DNA of 64,000 nucleotides from Candidatus Bathyarchaeia archaeon. GTDB taxonomy: Archaea; Thermoproteota; Bathyarchaeia; Bathyarchaeales; Bathycorpusculaceae. This document shows positions 1 through 9,452 of this stretch, one piece after another. The position numbers were made by a program, and so were the translations under genes. Position 1 is the first letter of the stretch. Each line of letters opens with the position of its first letter. Below the pieces are notes generated by a model. That model saw only the letters and a list, made by a program, of their open reading frames with translations. It was not told the origin of the DNA and ran no database searches. The stretch is from assembly GCA_038882655.1 (NCBI GenBank), contig JAVZNT010000001.1, positions 64,001 through 128,000 on the forward strand, in the 5' to 3' direction.

Positions 1-462
1 TGGTCCTTTCAAAATGAGTAAAGGTTTCACGTCAATCTCTAGTGAGGCTTGACTGTTCGAGGCTAGCTCGGCTTCTGCTTTATCGAAAAATCTTCCATGG
101 GGGTTTGTTGATGGAAAGTTTAGAAGGTCTACCCTGTGGTCTTTTGCTGCTTGCCTTGCAACAGCCTTCGACTCGCACATCACGGCTATTATCTCATATT
201 TTCGGCGAAACCGCCTTAAAAGTTGGAGTAGCTCCTTTGGTGTTTTTGGCTTTAAATCTAGGCGTGAAGCAAAGTCTATGGCTTTTTCTTGGCACATACC
301 TTTTAGCTGTTGGGCATATTTTTCGGCAAGGTTTGGCGAAGTTGGCAGTGCCGCAGCTATTAGGCGGTAGCCTAGCTCTGAAGCCTTGGCTATTATCCGC
401 CTTGTCTGTTCTATGGCGCCTAGATTTGGTTGGAGGTGTAAGTCGGCGAAAATTCTCCTCAT
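1..462 (-). CDS. rnp3: Ribonuclease P protein component 3 (Rpp30), 3' end outside the window
   Basis: Not in the ORF track. Manual translation from ATG at 462 (ATGA overlap with the upstream stop): MRRIFADLHLQP...KASELGY...SRLDLKPKTPKELLQLLRRFRRKYEIIAVMCESKAVARQAAKDHRVDLL, typical of Rpp30. Usual context downstream of rpl15e. Confidence 0.85.
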   Translation of the reverse strand, partial: MRRIFADLHLQPNLGAIEQTRRIIAKASELGYRLIAAALPTSPNLAEKYAQQLKGMCQEKAIDFASRLDLKPKTPKELLQLLRRFRRKYEIIAVMCESKAVARQAAKDHRVDLLNFPSTNPHGRFFDKAEAELASNSQASLEIDVKPLLILKGP

Positions 463-905
463 GGAATTATCCCAAGGCTTCTGCATAAGTCAACAATTTC
501 TTTTAAATTGGATTTCTTGAAGTGGATTTTGAAGTGTATGGGGTCTGTTGCGCTAAACTTAAACTCGTTTAAATAAGCCGCCTGCTTGTCGAGTCTTATG
601 TAAAGACAGCCCTTTTCAATGTGTTGTTCAATTTCGCTGCCTAAAATTTCCTTGTCCAAAGTGCTTAGGCTAGAAGCAAGCTTTTCGAGAAACGCCTTAA
701 CATGGTCTCTTTCCTTAATTTTCGCCTCAAAGAGGGTTATTGGGTTTCCATGGTGTCCGCTTAAATTTGACTTTTTAAAGGAAATGTTTTCAGAAACTTG
801 CGGTGGAAGTGTGTTGCGTACTGCGGATAGGACTTTCTCTTCGTCTTCTGTTGCGTGGGCAAACGCCCTCACATCAACATGGGCTACGGGAATTTTAGAA
901 GACAA
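459..905 (-). CDS. Predicted RNA-binding protein of the exosome superoperon (COG1325-like)
   Basis: Motifs HATEDEEKV, GHHGNPI and YIRLDKQAAY; lies between rpl15e/rpl13e and rpp30. Confidence 0.85.
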   Translation of the reverse strand: MSSKIPVAHVDVRAFAHATEDEEKVLSAVRNTLPPQVSENISFKKSNLSGHHGNPITLFEAKIKERDHVKAFLEKLASSLSTLDKEILGSEIEQHIEKGCLYIRLDKQAAYLNEFKFSATDPIHFKIHFKKSNLKEIVDLCRSLGIIP

Positions 906-918
906 AACGGCATCACTG

Positions 919-1200
919 TTATTTGCTATTCTTTTTTTCCTTCCCGCTTTTAGCTTTTCCTCTTGTTTTCTCCACCGCTGGCTTGGAAGTTTTCTTAGGT
1001 TTCACAATGGTTGCTAAAAATTCTTTTAAGGATTTGACGTTATTCTCGTGAACGGTTCTTCTTCGAGAATCAACCGGAATGCCAAGCTTCAAGGCTTGTT
1101 TTAAGCTTAATTTAACCTCTTTCAGCTCTCCAAGGCTGAAGCCTTTCCCTAAACGCTGTTTTCCACCCTTCTTGAAAACTAGCGGCATCGCTTCAGCCAT
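919..1200 (-). CDS. rpl13e: 50S ribosomal protein L13e (eL13)
   Basis: RLGKGFSLGELKEV...LGIPVDSRRRTVHENNV signature. Confidence 0.9.
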   Translation of the reverse strand: MAEAMPLVFKKGGKQRLGKGFSLGELKEVKLSLKQALKLGIPVDSRRRTVHENNVKSLKEFLATIVKPKKTSKPAVEKTRGKAKSGKEKKNSK

Positions 1201-1206
1201 GGTGAG

Positions 1207-1782
1207 CTAGTCTCCTGTTACTGCTTTTCGACTTGGTCTAGCCTTTTCAGCTCCACGCCCCTTTTTCCTCAAGCCTCTAACCTTTTTGCCTGCACTTGTT
1301 AAGCCTCTGAAGGCTCTTCCTTTATGCTGTTTTTGGCATATCCAGTTTATATCCTTGTCCGCCTTAACAGCGGGGTGCTGAGGATCCACCATTATGACCT
1401 CAAACCACTTAAAGCGTCCATCTTCGCCAACCCAGTAGGAGTTTAAGACTTCCAAGTTTGGAAACTTTCTGGCAGCCCGCTCCTCGGCTATAAGCCTTAA
1501 GCTCTTGGCAGGCTTGTACTTTCTAACACCCATTCTTTTTGGTCTTCTGCCGGACCGTGGCCGCTGTTTTCGCAGTCCGCCTCGTCTAACGCGCACACGA
1601 GCGATGATGAAGCCTTGCTTCGCCTTATAACCAAGCTTCCTAGCCCTGTCTAGGCGTGTTGGCTTTTCCACACGTACGATTGCAGGCTCTTTTCGCCACT
1701 CTATGAGCCTCTGCCGTGTCAATTCTTCAATGAAGGATTCTTCAGGCTTTTTCCAAGCTTCTGCAATGTATTTATACGTCAT
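1207..1782 (-). CDS. rpl15e: 50S ribosomal protein L15e (eL15)
   Basis: [41 protein letters not shown]. Confidence 0.98.
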   Translation of the reverse strand: MTYKYIAEAWKKPEESFIEELTRQRLIEWRKEPAIVRVEKPTRLDRARKLGYKAKQGFIIARVRVRRGGLRKQRPRSGRRPKRMGVRKYKPAKSLRLIAEERAARKFPNLEVLNSYWVGEDGRFKWFEVIMVDPQHPAVKADKDINWICQKQHKGRAFRGLTSAGKKVRGLRKKGRGAEKARPSRKAVTGD

Positions 1783-1787
1783 TTTTT

Positions 1788-1862
1788 CACCTCACCGTAG
1801 TTTACGGTTCAACCAGGCGGTTACATCCCAGCGGATTCTCATCCGCCATTGGCTCTCAATGA
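1788..1862 (-). promoter_or_regulatory. Structured 5' leader of rpl15e (candidate ribosomal-protein leader)
   Basis: Minus strand reads CATTG-AGAGC-CAATG, GCGGAT-GAGA-ATCCGC (GNRA tetraloop), GGGATGTAACC-GCCT-GGTTGAACC, then ACCGTA-AAC-TACGGT overlapping the SD GGTGAGGTG. Confidence 0.6.
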
Positions 1863-1896
1863 TTCCCCAACCAACAAAATAAACTTTTCCAACGGG

Positions 1897-2583
1897 CTAT
1901 TCGGTCTTTGCCTCAAGTACAGCCTTTTTAACGAGCAGATAGCCACCTTGCCCCCTCCAAGCCTTCTCAGCCTCAACAATTTTCAGCTTCTTCGTGAAGA
2001 ATGGTGCGTCAAGCACTAGGGTTTCGTATTCGCCTCCCTCGCCTACAAGAGAAACGCCGAAACGTTTGTTCAACTCAGTCAATGCGTTAATGGTTTCCTC
2101 GTCGAGTCTTCTTCCAAGCCACTCTTTTGAAAAGCCATAAGCATAAACACCAGTTATTATAACCTCAAAATTGAGGTCTAAAATCTCCTTTAAAACACTT
2201 GCTGGATCCGCCTGCCAAAGGGGTGTTAAACATTTAAGCCTCAACTGTTTGCAGATTTCTTCTATCCTCACCTTCTGATAGTTCGAGGATATAGCTCCGG
2301 AAACAATTCCGTCCACATCAAGCCCCACCAACAAACGCTTCAAATCCTCCACTTCAACCTCTTTCATTCCGGAGGTTTCGCTTTTAACAAGGGGAATTCC
2401 AACAGCTTCCGCGAACAAATCCATCAAGTGGATATTCGGGTAGTGAAACATCCAACTGTCTTCTCTCAGCGGAATCATGCTCACTAAATATTTTACATCA
2501 TAGCCCAAGCGTAAAACTCGGTAAAGAGCAAGAGTAGAATCTTTCCCGCCAGTGGCTAAAACTGCAACTTGCATGCGCTGCAT
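1897..2583 (-). CDS. dph6: Diphthine--ammonia ligase family PP-loop ATPase
   Basis: TGGKDS PP-loop, SWMFH, GEGGEYETLVLDAP. Confidence 0.88.
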   Translation of the reverse strand: MQRMQVAVLATGGKDSTLALYRVLRLGYDVKYLVSMIPLREDSWMFHYPNIHLMDLFAEAVGIPLVKSETSGMKEVEVEDLKRLLVGLDVDGIVSGAISSNYQKVRIEEICKQLRLKCLTPLWQADPASVLKEILDLNFEVIITGVYAYGFSKEWLGRRLDEETINALTELNKRFGVSLVGEGGEYETLVLDAPFFTKKLKIVEAEKAWRGQGGYLLVKKAVLEAKTE

Positions 2584-3941
2584 TATCCCATAAGCTTTGA
2601 TTTTGCCTCTTTAAACAATGCCTCGGTTTCGAGTTGCCACTTCTCAAAGTCTCTAGGTGTTCTTGGATAACTCCGATAATAAGCCTTAACTTTATTCATT
2701 AGGTTGACTGTGACCCTTAACTTATTTAGAAAATGAATACGCTTTATGCCTCTGAAAACTCGTTTTGCCGTTTCAGTTATGTTTAAGTGGAAATCCTCGC
2801 CCAAACCAGCTTTTAAAACATCTTCTTCAGTCAGCAGCTTATATTTCATGCCATAGTTCAGGTCGTCGTTGTTGCACTTTAAGAGTAAAAACCTAAAAAC
2901 GTCTAGTGCCGCCTGTTTCATTCCATAACCTTCCATGTATTTAGCGTTGTATTGCCATAAAGCCTCTTGGCTTACATCGCCTTTCTCCAAAGCCTCTACA
3001 ATGGTCTTTCCAGCCAAATATCCACTCAACATTGAAGGACCTATGCCGCCGCCGTGAATTGGATTAACTAGGCACGCGGCGTCTCCGGTTATTATGACTC
3101 CGTTTCCAACCATGTTGTCTAAAGGTCTCCTTGTGGGGTCATACCATGCCCCGCCGTTAAGCAACAGCGAACCATCAAAGAGGGGTTTGGTTAAGACATG
3201 CTTGTAGAATTGCCCTTTTGGGTTTGGAAACTTGTCCCACATGCAGACCCCTAGTCCAGCGTTAACTTTTGCGCTGCTCTTATAGAAAATCCAGGTGTAG
3301 CCGCCCGGAGTTACCTTTTGGTTCAGATATATTTCGCAGTAGTTTTTGTCCCCAATTTCTTGTTTAAGCTGCCTAATCTCCCTATAACAAGCCTCCACAT
3401 CTTCATTGGTTATTTCCCTTTCAATCCTCATTTCATTTGGGAGTTTACGTCTTATAACAGCTAGAAAGCCGCTTGCATCTACAACGGTTTTACCTTCGAA
3501 GCAGATCTTCTCACCAGTCTTCATGTTTTTAGCTAAAACACCCGTTACAAAGCCTTTCTCAATAATGGGCTCTAAACATTGAGTCGAATCAAACAAGACT
3601 GCCCCGTTGTCTAATGTCATTCTTAAAAGCCACTGTCCAAAAAGGCGTCTATTCAAGAGGTAGCCGGAAAAATCCTCATGCCTAACAGTAAAAACAGTTT
3701 CTAAGTCAGGCGAGTATATTTTGACACCTTCTATTCGCCTCTCCAACTCACCATGTTGAGGAGGCTTCAGCCCAACACTCTTTAAATGATGCTCTCCTAA
3801 GGCGTCTCCACAAACTTTCTCACCAATTTCCCTCTGACTCTTTCGTTCAACCAAACAAACTGTCAAGCCAGCTTCAGCTGCCGTTCTTGCCGCTAGGCAC
3901 CCGGCTGTCCCAGCGCCCACAACTACGACATCAAATTTCAT
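2583..3941 (-). CDS. Geranylgeranyl reductase family FAD oxidoreductase (DGGGPL reductase-like)
   Basis: GAGTAG Rossmann motif, KVCGD, PGGYTWIF, GDAACLVNPIHGGGI. Confidence 0.9.
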   Translation of the reverse strand: MKFDVVVVGAGTAGCLAARTAAEAGLTVCLVERKSQREIGEKVCGDALGEHHLKSVGLKPPQHGELERRIEGVKIYSPDLETVFTVRHEDFSGYLLNRRLFGQWLLRMTLDNGAVLFDSTQCLEPIIEKGFVTGVLAKNMKTGEKICFEGKTVVDASGFLAVIRRKLPNEMRIEREITNEDVEACYREIRQLKQEIGDKNYCEIYLNQKVTPGGYTWIFYKSSAKVNAGLGVCMWDKFPNPKGQFYKHVLTKPLFDGSLLLNGGAWYDPTRRPLDNMVGNGVIITGDAACLVNPIHGGGIGPSMLSGYLAGKTIVEALEKGDVSQEALWQYNAKYMEGYGMKQAALDVFRFLLLKCNNDDLNYGMKYKLLTEEDVLKAGLGEDFHLNITETAKRVFRGIKRIHFLNKLRVTVNLMNKVKAYYRSYPRTPRDFEKWQLETEALFKEAKSKLMG

Positions 3942-4025
3942 GGGTTAACCTCATTCCACTCTTTAATACTCTGTATTTTGAAGCTTTTATAAATATTGAA
4001 AGCTATCTGAACGCATTTTTCTGCA

Positions 4026-4535
4026 TTATCTTTGCTGAAACACTTTTGATGGTATAGGGATAGGTATAGCTGTTGTCTCCTTAGGCGTGTCAAACACCAT
4101 GCATGTTAACGTCTTCTCTACGCCCTTCACGGTTCTCAGCTTGTCTATCACAAATCTTCCAACAGAGTCTACATCCTTGTCTTTAACTTTGATTAAAATA
4201 TCCCAATCTCCTGATATTATGTGGACTTCTTGAACCTCTGGAAACTTTGATATTTGCTCAGCTATAGCCCTCTGGGAAAGTGGCACTTCCTCCTTGTTAG
4301 TTCTGTAAGAGAAGGACGCCAATATGAAGGCTGTCACGCCAAAATCCAATTTTCTATGGTCTAGGACGGCTCTGTACTCCTTTATTATTCCTTGCTGTTC
4401 CATTCTCTTTATTTTTGCGAAGACCGTTGTTATGGGCGAATTTATTTTTCTAGCGATTTCTTTTGCCGTCATCTTGCAGTTTTTCTGTAATAAGCTAAGT
4501 ATCGCCAAATCTTTTTCGTCCAGCTTAATGCTCAT
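4026..4535 (-). CDS. Lrp/AsnC family transcriptional regulator
   Basis: LDEKDLAILSLLQKN N-terminal HTH; RAM domain EVHIISGDWD...GVEKTLT. Confidence 0.95.
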   Translation of the reverse strand: MSIKLDEKDLAILSLLQKNCKMTAKEIARKINSPITTVFAKIKRMEQQGIIKEYRAVLDHRKLDFGVTAFILASFSYRTNKEEVPLSQRAIAEQISKFPEVQEVHIISGDWDILIKVKDKDVDSVGRFVIDKLRTVKGVEKTLTCMVFDTPKETTAIPIPIPSKVFQQR

Positions 4536-4639
4536 GCGAAAAAATTACACAAATTCAAGCTTAAAAAGGTTGCTATTTGATGAAATTACAGAATTTTCAA
4601 TAAAAAATTTAAAAATATTAATCGTCATCTTTCACACCC

Positions 4640-5620
4640 ATGAGTAGCGATTTATCCGAAAGCCTAAAGAAAAGATACATAACGTTTAGAGATAATGGGT
4701 TGGCTAAGGTCTTTAAAGTTCAGGACGAGATAATATCCTCAATTCGGGCGTTTCTAAAAAATGAAGGCTTTATTGAGATTTTGGCGCCTATAATCGGGCC
4801 TGTAACAGATCCCGGCATTAGAGGGGCAAAGCAAGCCACCATAGACTATTATGGTGTTCCCTTCAAAGTTATGAGCAGCATGATACTTTACAAACAAATG
4901 ATTATCACAGCTTTGCCAAAGGTTTTCGCACTATCGCCAAACATACGACTAGAGCCGTTAGAAACCGTGAGAACGCGCCGTCACCTAACAGAATTTAGGC
5001 AAATAGATCTTGAAGTGGCATACGCCACATGCAAAGAGGTTATGGATTTGGGCGAAAGGATGCTTTGTTACGTGGTAGCCAGCGTGAAAAACAAGTGCTG
5101 TGAGGAGCTTGGAGAACACGGAAAAACACTGAAAGTGCCAAGATCGCCATTCAAAAGGTACACGTACAAAGAAGCCCTTGAAATTCTTGAGAGCATGGAA
5201 ATAGATGTGTCATATGGCAGTGAAATTCCATGGGAAGCAGAGGAAGCCATATCGCGAATACATAACGAACCTTTCTGGATAACAAGCTTCCCAACCACAG
5301 CGAGAAGTTTCTATTATATGGAAAGCGAAGAAGAACCTGGCGTTTTAGAAGATTTTGACCTAATATATCCTGAAGGCTTCGGTGAGGCAATTTCAGGTGG
5401 GAAGAGAGAACACCGATATAGCAAGCTTTTAGAAAGGATGTTAAAAAGTGGTGAAAATCTAGCTGATTTTGAATGGTATTTAGACATGTTAAGGAGTGGC
5501 ATCCCGCCTTCAGCAGGTTTTGGAATAGGTGTTGAAAGGCTTACAAGGTTTATTTGCGGTCTTGAAAACATCTGGGATGCTGTTCCGTTTCCTAAAGTCG
5601 CTGGAATATCCTCCCCATAA
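4640..5620 (+). CDS. asnA: Archaeal asparagine synthetase A (AsnRS-like catalytic domain only, AS-AR type)
   Basis: Class II aaRS motifs 2 and 3 (NIRLE...RHLTEFRQID; PSAGFGIGVERL); 326 aa with no anticodon-binding OB domain; PVTDPG. Confidence 0.85.
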   Translation: MSSDLSESLKKRYITFRDNGLAKVFKVQDEIISSIRAFLKNEGFIEILAPIIGPVTDPGIRGAKQATIDYYGVPFKVMSSMILYKQMIITALPKVFALSPNIRLEPLETVRTRRHLTEFRQIDLEVAYATCKEVMDLGERMLCYVVASVKNKCCEELGEHGKTLKVPRSPFKRYTYKEALEILESMEIDVSYGSEIPWEAEEAISRIHNEPFWITSFPTTARSFYYMESEEEPGVLEDFDLIYPEGFGEAISGGKREHRYSKLLERMLKSGENLADFEWYLDMLRSGIPPSAGFGIGVERLTRFICGLENIWDAVPFPKVAGISSP

Positions 5621-5721
5621 CTAGCAAAGTTTAGTTAGAATATGAATTTCTAATTCATAACCGTTAATTATATTTTGGACAAACTGTGAAAAACGTCAAG
5701 ATAAAAAGAAGGCGCAATTAG

Positions 5722-5970
5722 ATGATGAAAAAAGCCACAGTCAAAAAAGGTGAAATGTACACGGTTGACTTGACAAAAATTGATGGAGACGGAGCTTTCC
5801 CATGCCCAAGATGTGGTGTTATAATATCTCCCGATGACGAAACTGAAGAAGTCTACCAGATTGTTGAGACAAAAGTTAAAGGAGACGATTTGGCTGAACT
5901 AGTTCTCCAATGCAACAAATGCGGAAGCACCATAAGGCTAGTGGGTTTCCTACAACCCGTTGAAGGCTAA
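5722..5970 (+). CDS. Small zinc-ribbon protein
   Basis: CPRCG...CNKCG pairs in 82 aa. Confidence 0.75.
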   Translation: MMKKATVKKGEMYTVDLTKIDGDGAFPCPRCGVIISPDDETEEVYQIVETKVKGDDLAELVLQCNKCGSTIRLVGFLQPVEG

Positions 5971-5981
5971 AAGGCGCTTGT

Positions 5982-6236
5982 TTACTTCTCTTTCTCGAAT
6001 TTTCGGCTTACTGCAACGAAAACAAGCCACAATATGGTTCCATAGAAAATTCCGTTAAAAACGGCGCTCATAAACTTTTGGTATTCGTCGGAAATTTTCC
6101 CGATTAAAGTGCATATGAAGTTTCCTGGAAATATGGGTGATGGAATTAAAAGCGAGGCTGCTAAGAACATTGAGAAGAATACTACTAGGATTGGTGCGCC
6201 CTTCATTTTCTCAAAGTTTATATGACATCTTGACAT
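5982..6236 (-). CDS. Small membrane protein (2 TM), hypothetical
   Basis: Two hydrophobic segments and a basic C-terminus; the start may be the internal MKGAP. Confidence 0.6.
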   Translation of the reverse strand: MSRCHINFEKMKGAPILVVFFSMFLAASLLIPSPIFPGNFICTLIGKISDEYQKFMSAVFNGIFYGTILWLVFVAVSRKFEKEK

Positions 6237-6304
6237 TTAATAAGCATTGCTGTAGAATTGTTAAACACAAATACACTTACACCTTAAAAATCAAGCCCCA
6301 AAAG

Positions 6305-7393
6305 TCAGCTTAGAAAATCAATTAATAAATAAAACAAGTCGTACAAAAATGAAGAAAGAACAAAAACCACCATTAAAACCACAAATAAAACTTTTCTACT
6401 TCTCGATAGACTAGAAACATCATCTAAGGGGCCTGGATGCTTAAACATAGACAAAAACAAGACAAAAAGCGCCATCGGCCAACTTACAAGAGCAAGAAAC
6501 CCTATGGAAAGCACCGTCAGAATGCTTCTAACTCGTTCGTTGAAAAGCGATCTTGCAACATGTCCACCATCAAGCATGGCTGCTGGCAACAAATTAAGCA
6601 TCGTCACAAAGAAGCCAATCCACCCGGCTAAGGCAACGGGGTGCAGCGTTACCACTAACATGTAGCCGGGTTCGTGCCCGTTTGTAGGGGGTGATGGAAG
6701 CAGAAGGCGGACGAACAGTCTAAAGAAAAGTGGAGCTGGAAGGGTTGGGGTGTTTATTGGAACCCAGTTGTAAGCTGAAAATGGCAAGCCAACCACTGTG
6801 GCAACAACGGCGACAAGGAAGCCAAATATTGGGCCGCTTGCACCTATGTCGAAGAGGGAATCCTTGTTTGGCGGGAGAGACTTCTGCATTATTACTGCTC
6901 CAAAAGTTCCGAATGGAGGTGGGCCTGGAATAAAATATGGCGGTGTCGCCTCTATACCTTTCTTATTGGCTGTCAACTTGTGGCCCATCTCATGCATTCC
7001 AAGAACAGCCATAATGGCCACTGTAAAGGTTGCTCCACCAATTAATGGGTCTGTGAAGCCCTCTGATAAGAGATAGCCAGCGGCAAATGTTGTCCCAACA
7101 GTTGCAAAAAGCAACAGCCAGTTAAGTAGGATATTGCTTGGTTTAGAAGGCTGCCTAGGGAAAATTCTGAGGACGATTCTCCCATCAGCCCTTCGCAGAT
7201 AAGCCACTAAATTCATCAGCTCAAGCTTTTTAAGCAGTTTTAAAAAGGCTTGTTTTGTTTCTTGGGGTTGTTTAAGGTAGAAGGTGGGAATGTTATGCTC
7301 GATTAGAGCCTCCTCTATTTGGAAGTGCTCGTAAACTATTCCTTTCAGTTTTTCAAATTCCAGCTGGTTTGGTTGTTCTTTTGTTTCGTTCAT
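6305..7393 (-). CDS. Site-2 protease (peptidase M50) membrane metalloprotease
   Basis: HEMGH zinc motif, GTFGAVI, NLLPAAMLDGGH. Confidence 0.95.
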   Translation of the reverse strand: MNETKEQPNQLEFEKLKGIVYEHFQIEEALIEHNIPTFYLKQPQETKQAFLKLLKKLELMNLVAYLRRADGRIVLRIFPRQPSKPSNILLNWLLLFATVGTTFAAGYLLSEGFTDPLIGGATFTVAIMAVLGMHEMGHKLTANKKGIEATPPYFIPGPPPFGTFGAVIMQKSLPPNKDSLFDIGASGPIFGFLVAVVATVVGLPFSAYNWVPINTPTLPAPLFFRLFVRLLLPSPPTNGHEPGYMLVVTLHPVALAGWIGFFVTMLNLLPAAMLDGGHVARSLFNERVRSILTVLSIGFLALVSWPMALFVLFLSMFKHPGPLDDVSSLSRSRKVLFVVLMVVFVLSSFLYDLFYLLIDFLS

Positions 7394-7576
7394 GTCTTGC
7401 CCTTGTAATTTTTAAGTCACCTACTTAGAGTGGTTGTGTATTAGAAAAGCTTATTGGATTTTTATCTGGTTTTTATTCAGATTCCGAACTGCTAAAAACT
7501 TTTTAATAATCGCCAAAGGCAAACGTCAACAGAAGCCCCTGACAGAAGATGTTATCCTCTAAAAGGAGACAAGAAA

Positions 7577-8350
7577 GTGGAAAAGAACGAAGCGAGTGAA
7601 GATGATGATTCTTCGGTCACTATCCTTCTACCAACATACTGTGAAGCTGAAAACATTGAAAACCTAATACATACCATCGAAAAATTAGGAATAAACTCAA
7701 GGATAATAGTAATAGATGATTCCAGCCCTGACGGAACAGGAGAAATCATCAAAAAACTGCAGAAAATTTATGGGAATATAACATTGCTGACGCGTCCTTT
7801 TAAGGCTGGACTTGGAACAGCATTAACTTACGGCTTCCATTTTATTTTATCTCAGAAGGCTCCCTCAAAATATTTGATCACAATGGATGCTGACTACTCC
7901 CACGATCCGAGAGAGATACTAACGCTGCTGCATCAAGCAAGGAAGGGCTGCGACATCGTTATTGGGAGCAGATACTGTAACGGCGGAGTTGTTAAAGGGT
8001 GGCCGCTAACAAGGCTGACGATCAGCAAGATAGCCAATAAGATAACTGCAAAACTTGTAGCTTTGCCAATAACCGACTTTACGAGTGGTTTTAGGTGTTA
8101 TTCTAGGGATTATGTTCAAAAAATTCTTCCAAATCTTCACAGTCAAACATATGAGATTCAAATTGAAACCCTCCGGCAGGCAAGCCTTAACAGGGCTAGA
8201 GTGGTTGAGGCTCCGATAACATTTACTAATAGGAAGAAGGGCAAATCAAAACTCACTAAAAATGAGATATTAAGCTTCATATTGTATATTGTGAAAACAG
8301 CTTTTCGTAGTCTTAAAACCGTAAGTTTTGGTAAACACACGCCCAAATGA
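7577..8350 (+). CDS. GT2 polyprenol/dolichol-phosphate hexose synthase (DPM1-like)
   Basis: LPTYCEAENI, IDDSSPDGT, MDADYSHDP, GSRY, DFTSGFRCY. Confidence 0.9.
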   Translation: MEKNEASEDDDSSVTILLPTYCEAENIENLIHTIEKLGINSRIIVIDDSSPDGTGEIIKKLQKIYGNITLLTRPFKAGLGTALTYGFHFILSQKAPSKYLITMDADYSHDPREILTLLHQARKGCDIVIGSRYCNGGVVKGWPLTRLTISKIANKITAKLVALPITDFTSGFRCYSRDYVQKILPNLHSQTYEIQIETLRQASLNRARVVEAPITFTNRKKGKSKLTKNEILSFILYIVKTAFRSLKTVSFGKHTPK

Positions 8351-8400
8351 TTTTGAAATTTTCAGCTTGAATCTGTTCCTTCCAACAAGAATTTCGCATT

Positions 8401-9360
8401 TTACTCCTTCCTAATTTTCGTCATGATTTTGGGTAACGCTTGGCTTTCTTGTACGTATACGCGCTTTTTAGTTGTTGTTGCTATTTTCCAAACTTTATGA
8501 AGAGATTTTCCCTTTTTGAAGTCGATTCTCGCCATGGCATTTACAATGGCTTCTAAGAAACAGGCTGCAAGTAAGTAATGTAAGGTTTTCCAATTTTTTT
8601 TAAACCATCTTGAAATTATTGCAATTTTGTCGCTTAAGGGACTGGTTTCCAATATCATTGGAGCGACTTTCGTTTCCTTTTCTACTCTCAAATGCCCGTA
8701 GACAACCCTTCTTCTTTGGTTTATATAGTCAGCTATGGTTTCAGGTCCTCGGAAAAGAGCTATTGCTTTTTCTTCAAATACAATCTTATAGTTTTTCTTT
8801 TGGCATATTACTCCCATGTACGCATCATCATTTACAATGTCTTCAGGAATTTTGTCGCATATGCCCCTTTTAATTGCAAACAGAACGCCGCCCAAATGTT
8901 GCGCTTTACCTTTCTGGTGGTAATAACGTTGAGTTTCATTATGTAAACTCCAGATTACTGTGTTTACTCGTCCCATAAAGTTATCAATTTTAATGGGTAT
9001 TTGGCAGCCAGAAACGGCTCCAACTTTAGGGTCATGGAAATGTTTCAATAATCTGTCAATTGCGCCTGGTTCTGGAAGATGGTCAGCGTCTAGGTGGACA
9101 AATATTTTTCCTCGATAAAGACTAAGAATTCGATTCAACGCAGGCGCCTTTCCTCTCCTCTCTTCTTCCAGAATTAGCCTAATTCGCTTATCTTTTCTTG
9201 CGAATTTTTCAACAATGCTGGGAGTGTTGTCTGTACATCCTGAACAGATAACGATGATTTCTGAGTTAGGGGGTAGAAATTGTTTAGTCAAAAGGTTTTC
9301 AAGTAAGGCTCCAATATTTTCCTCTTCGTTGTATGCGCATATGCCGACACTAACATCCAA
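8401..9360 (-). CDS. Glycosyltransferase family 2
   Basis: ICAYNEEENI, GCTDNT, DAD, NDD and QRRR motifs; C-terminal membrane segment. Confidence 0.9.
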   Translation of the reverse strand: MDVSVGICAYNEEENIGALLENLLTKQFLPPNSEIIVICSGCTDNTPSIVEKFARKDKRIRLILEEERRGKAPALNRILSLYRGKIFVHLDADHLPEPGAIDRLLKHFHDPKVGAVSGCQIPIKIDNFMGRVNTVIWSLHNETQRYYHQKGKAQHLGGVLFAIKRGICDKIPEDIVNDDAYMGVICQKKNYKIVFEEKAIALFRGPETIADYINQRRRVVYGHLRVEKETKVAPMILETSPLSDKIAIISRWFKKNWKTLHYLLAACFLEAIVNAMARIDFKKGKSLHKVWKIATTTKKRVYVQESQALPKIMTKIRKE

Positions 9361-9452
9361 AAAGGATACCCGCTTTCAACACTCCGCGCTTCAATTGGAA
9401 AATTTATAAGTATTATGTTGAAAATGGAACACTGACGCTTCTGTCAGGTTTT

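Noticed and set aside
42-488. 148-aa plus-strand ORF
   Set aside because: Antisense shadow of rpp30, which has recognisable motifs on the minus strand.
4640-5620. Asparaginyl/aspartyl-tRNA synthetase
   Set aside because: No anticodon-binding domain; size and motifs fit the archaeal asparagine synthetase.
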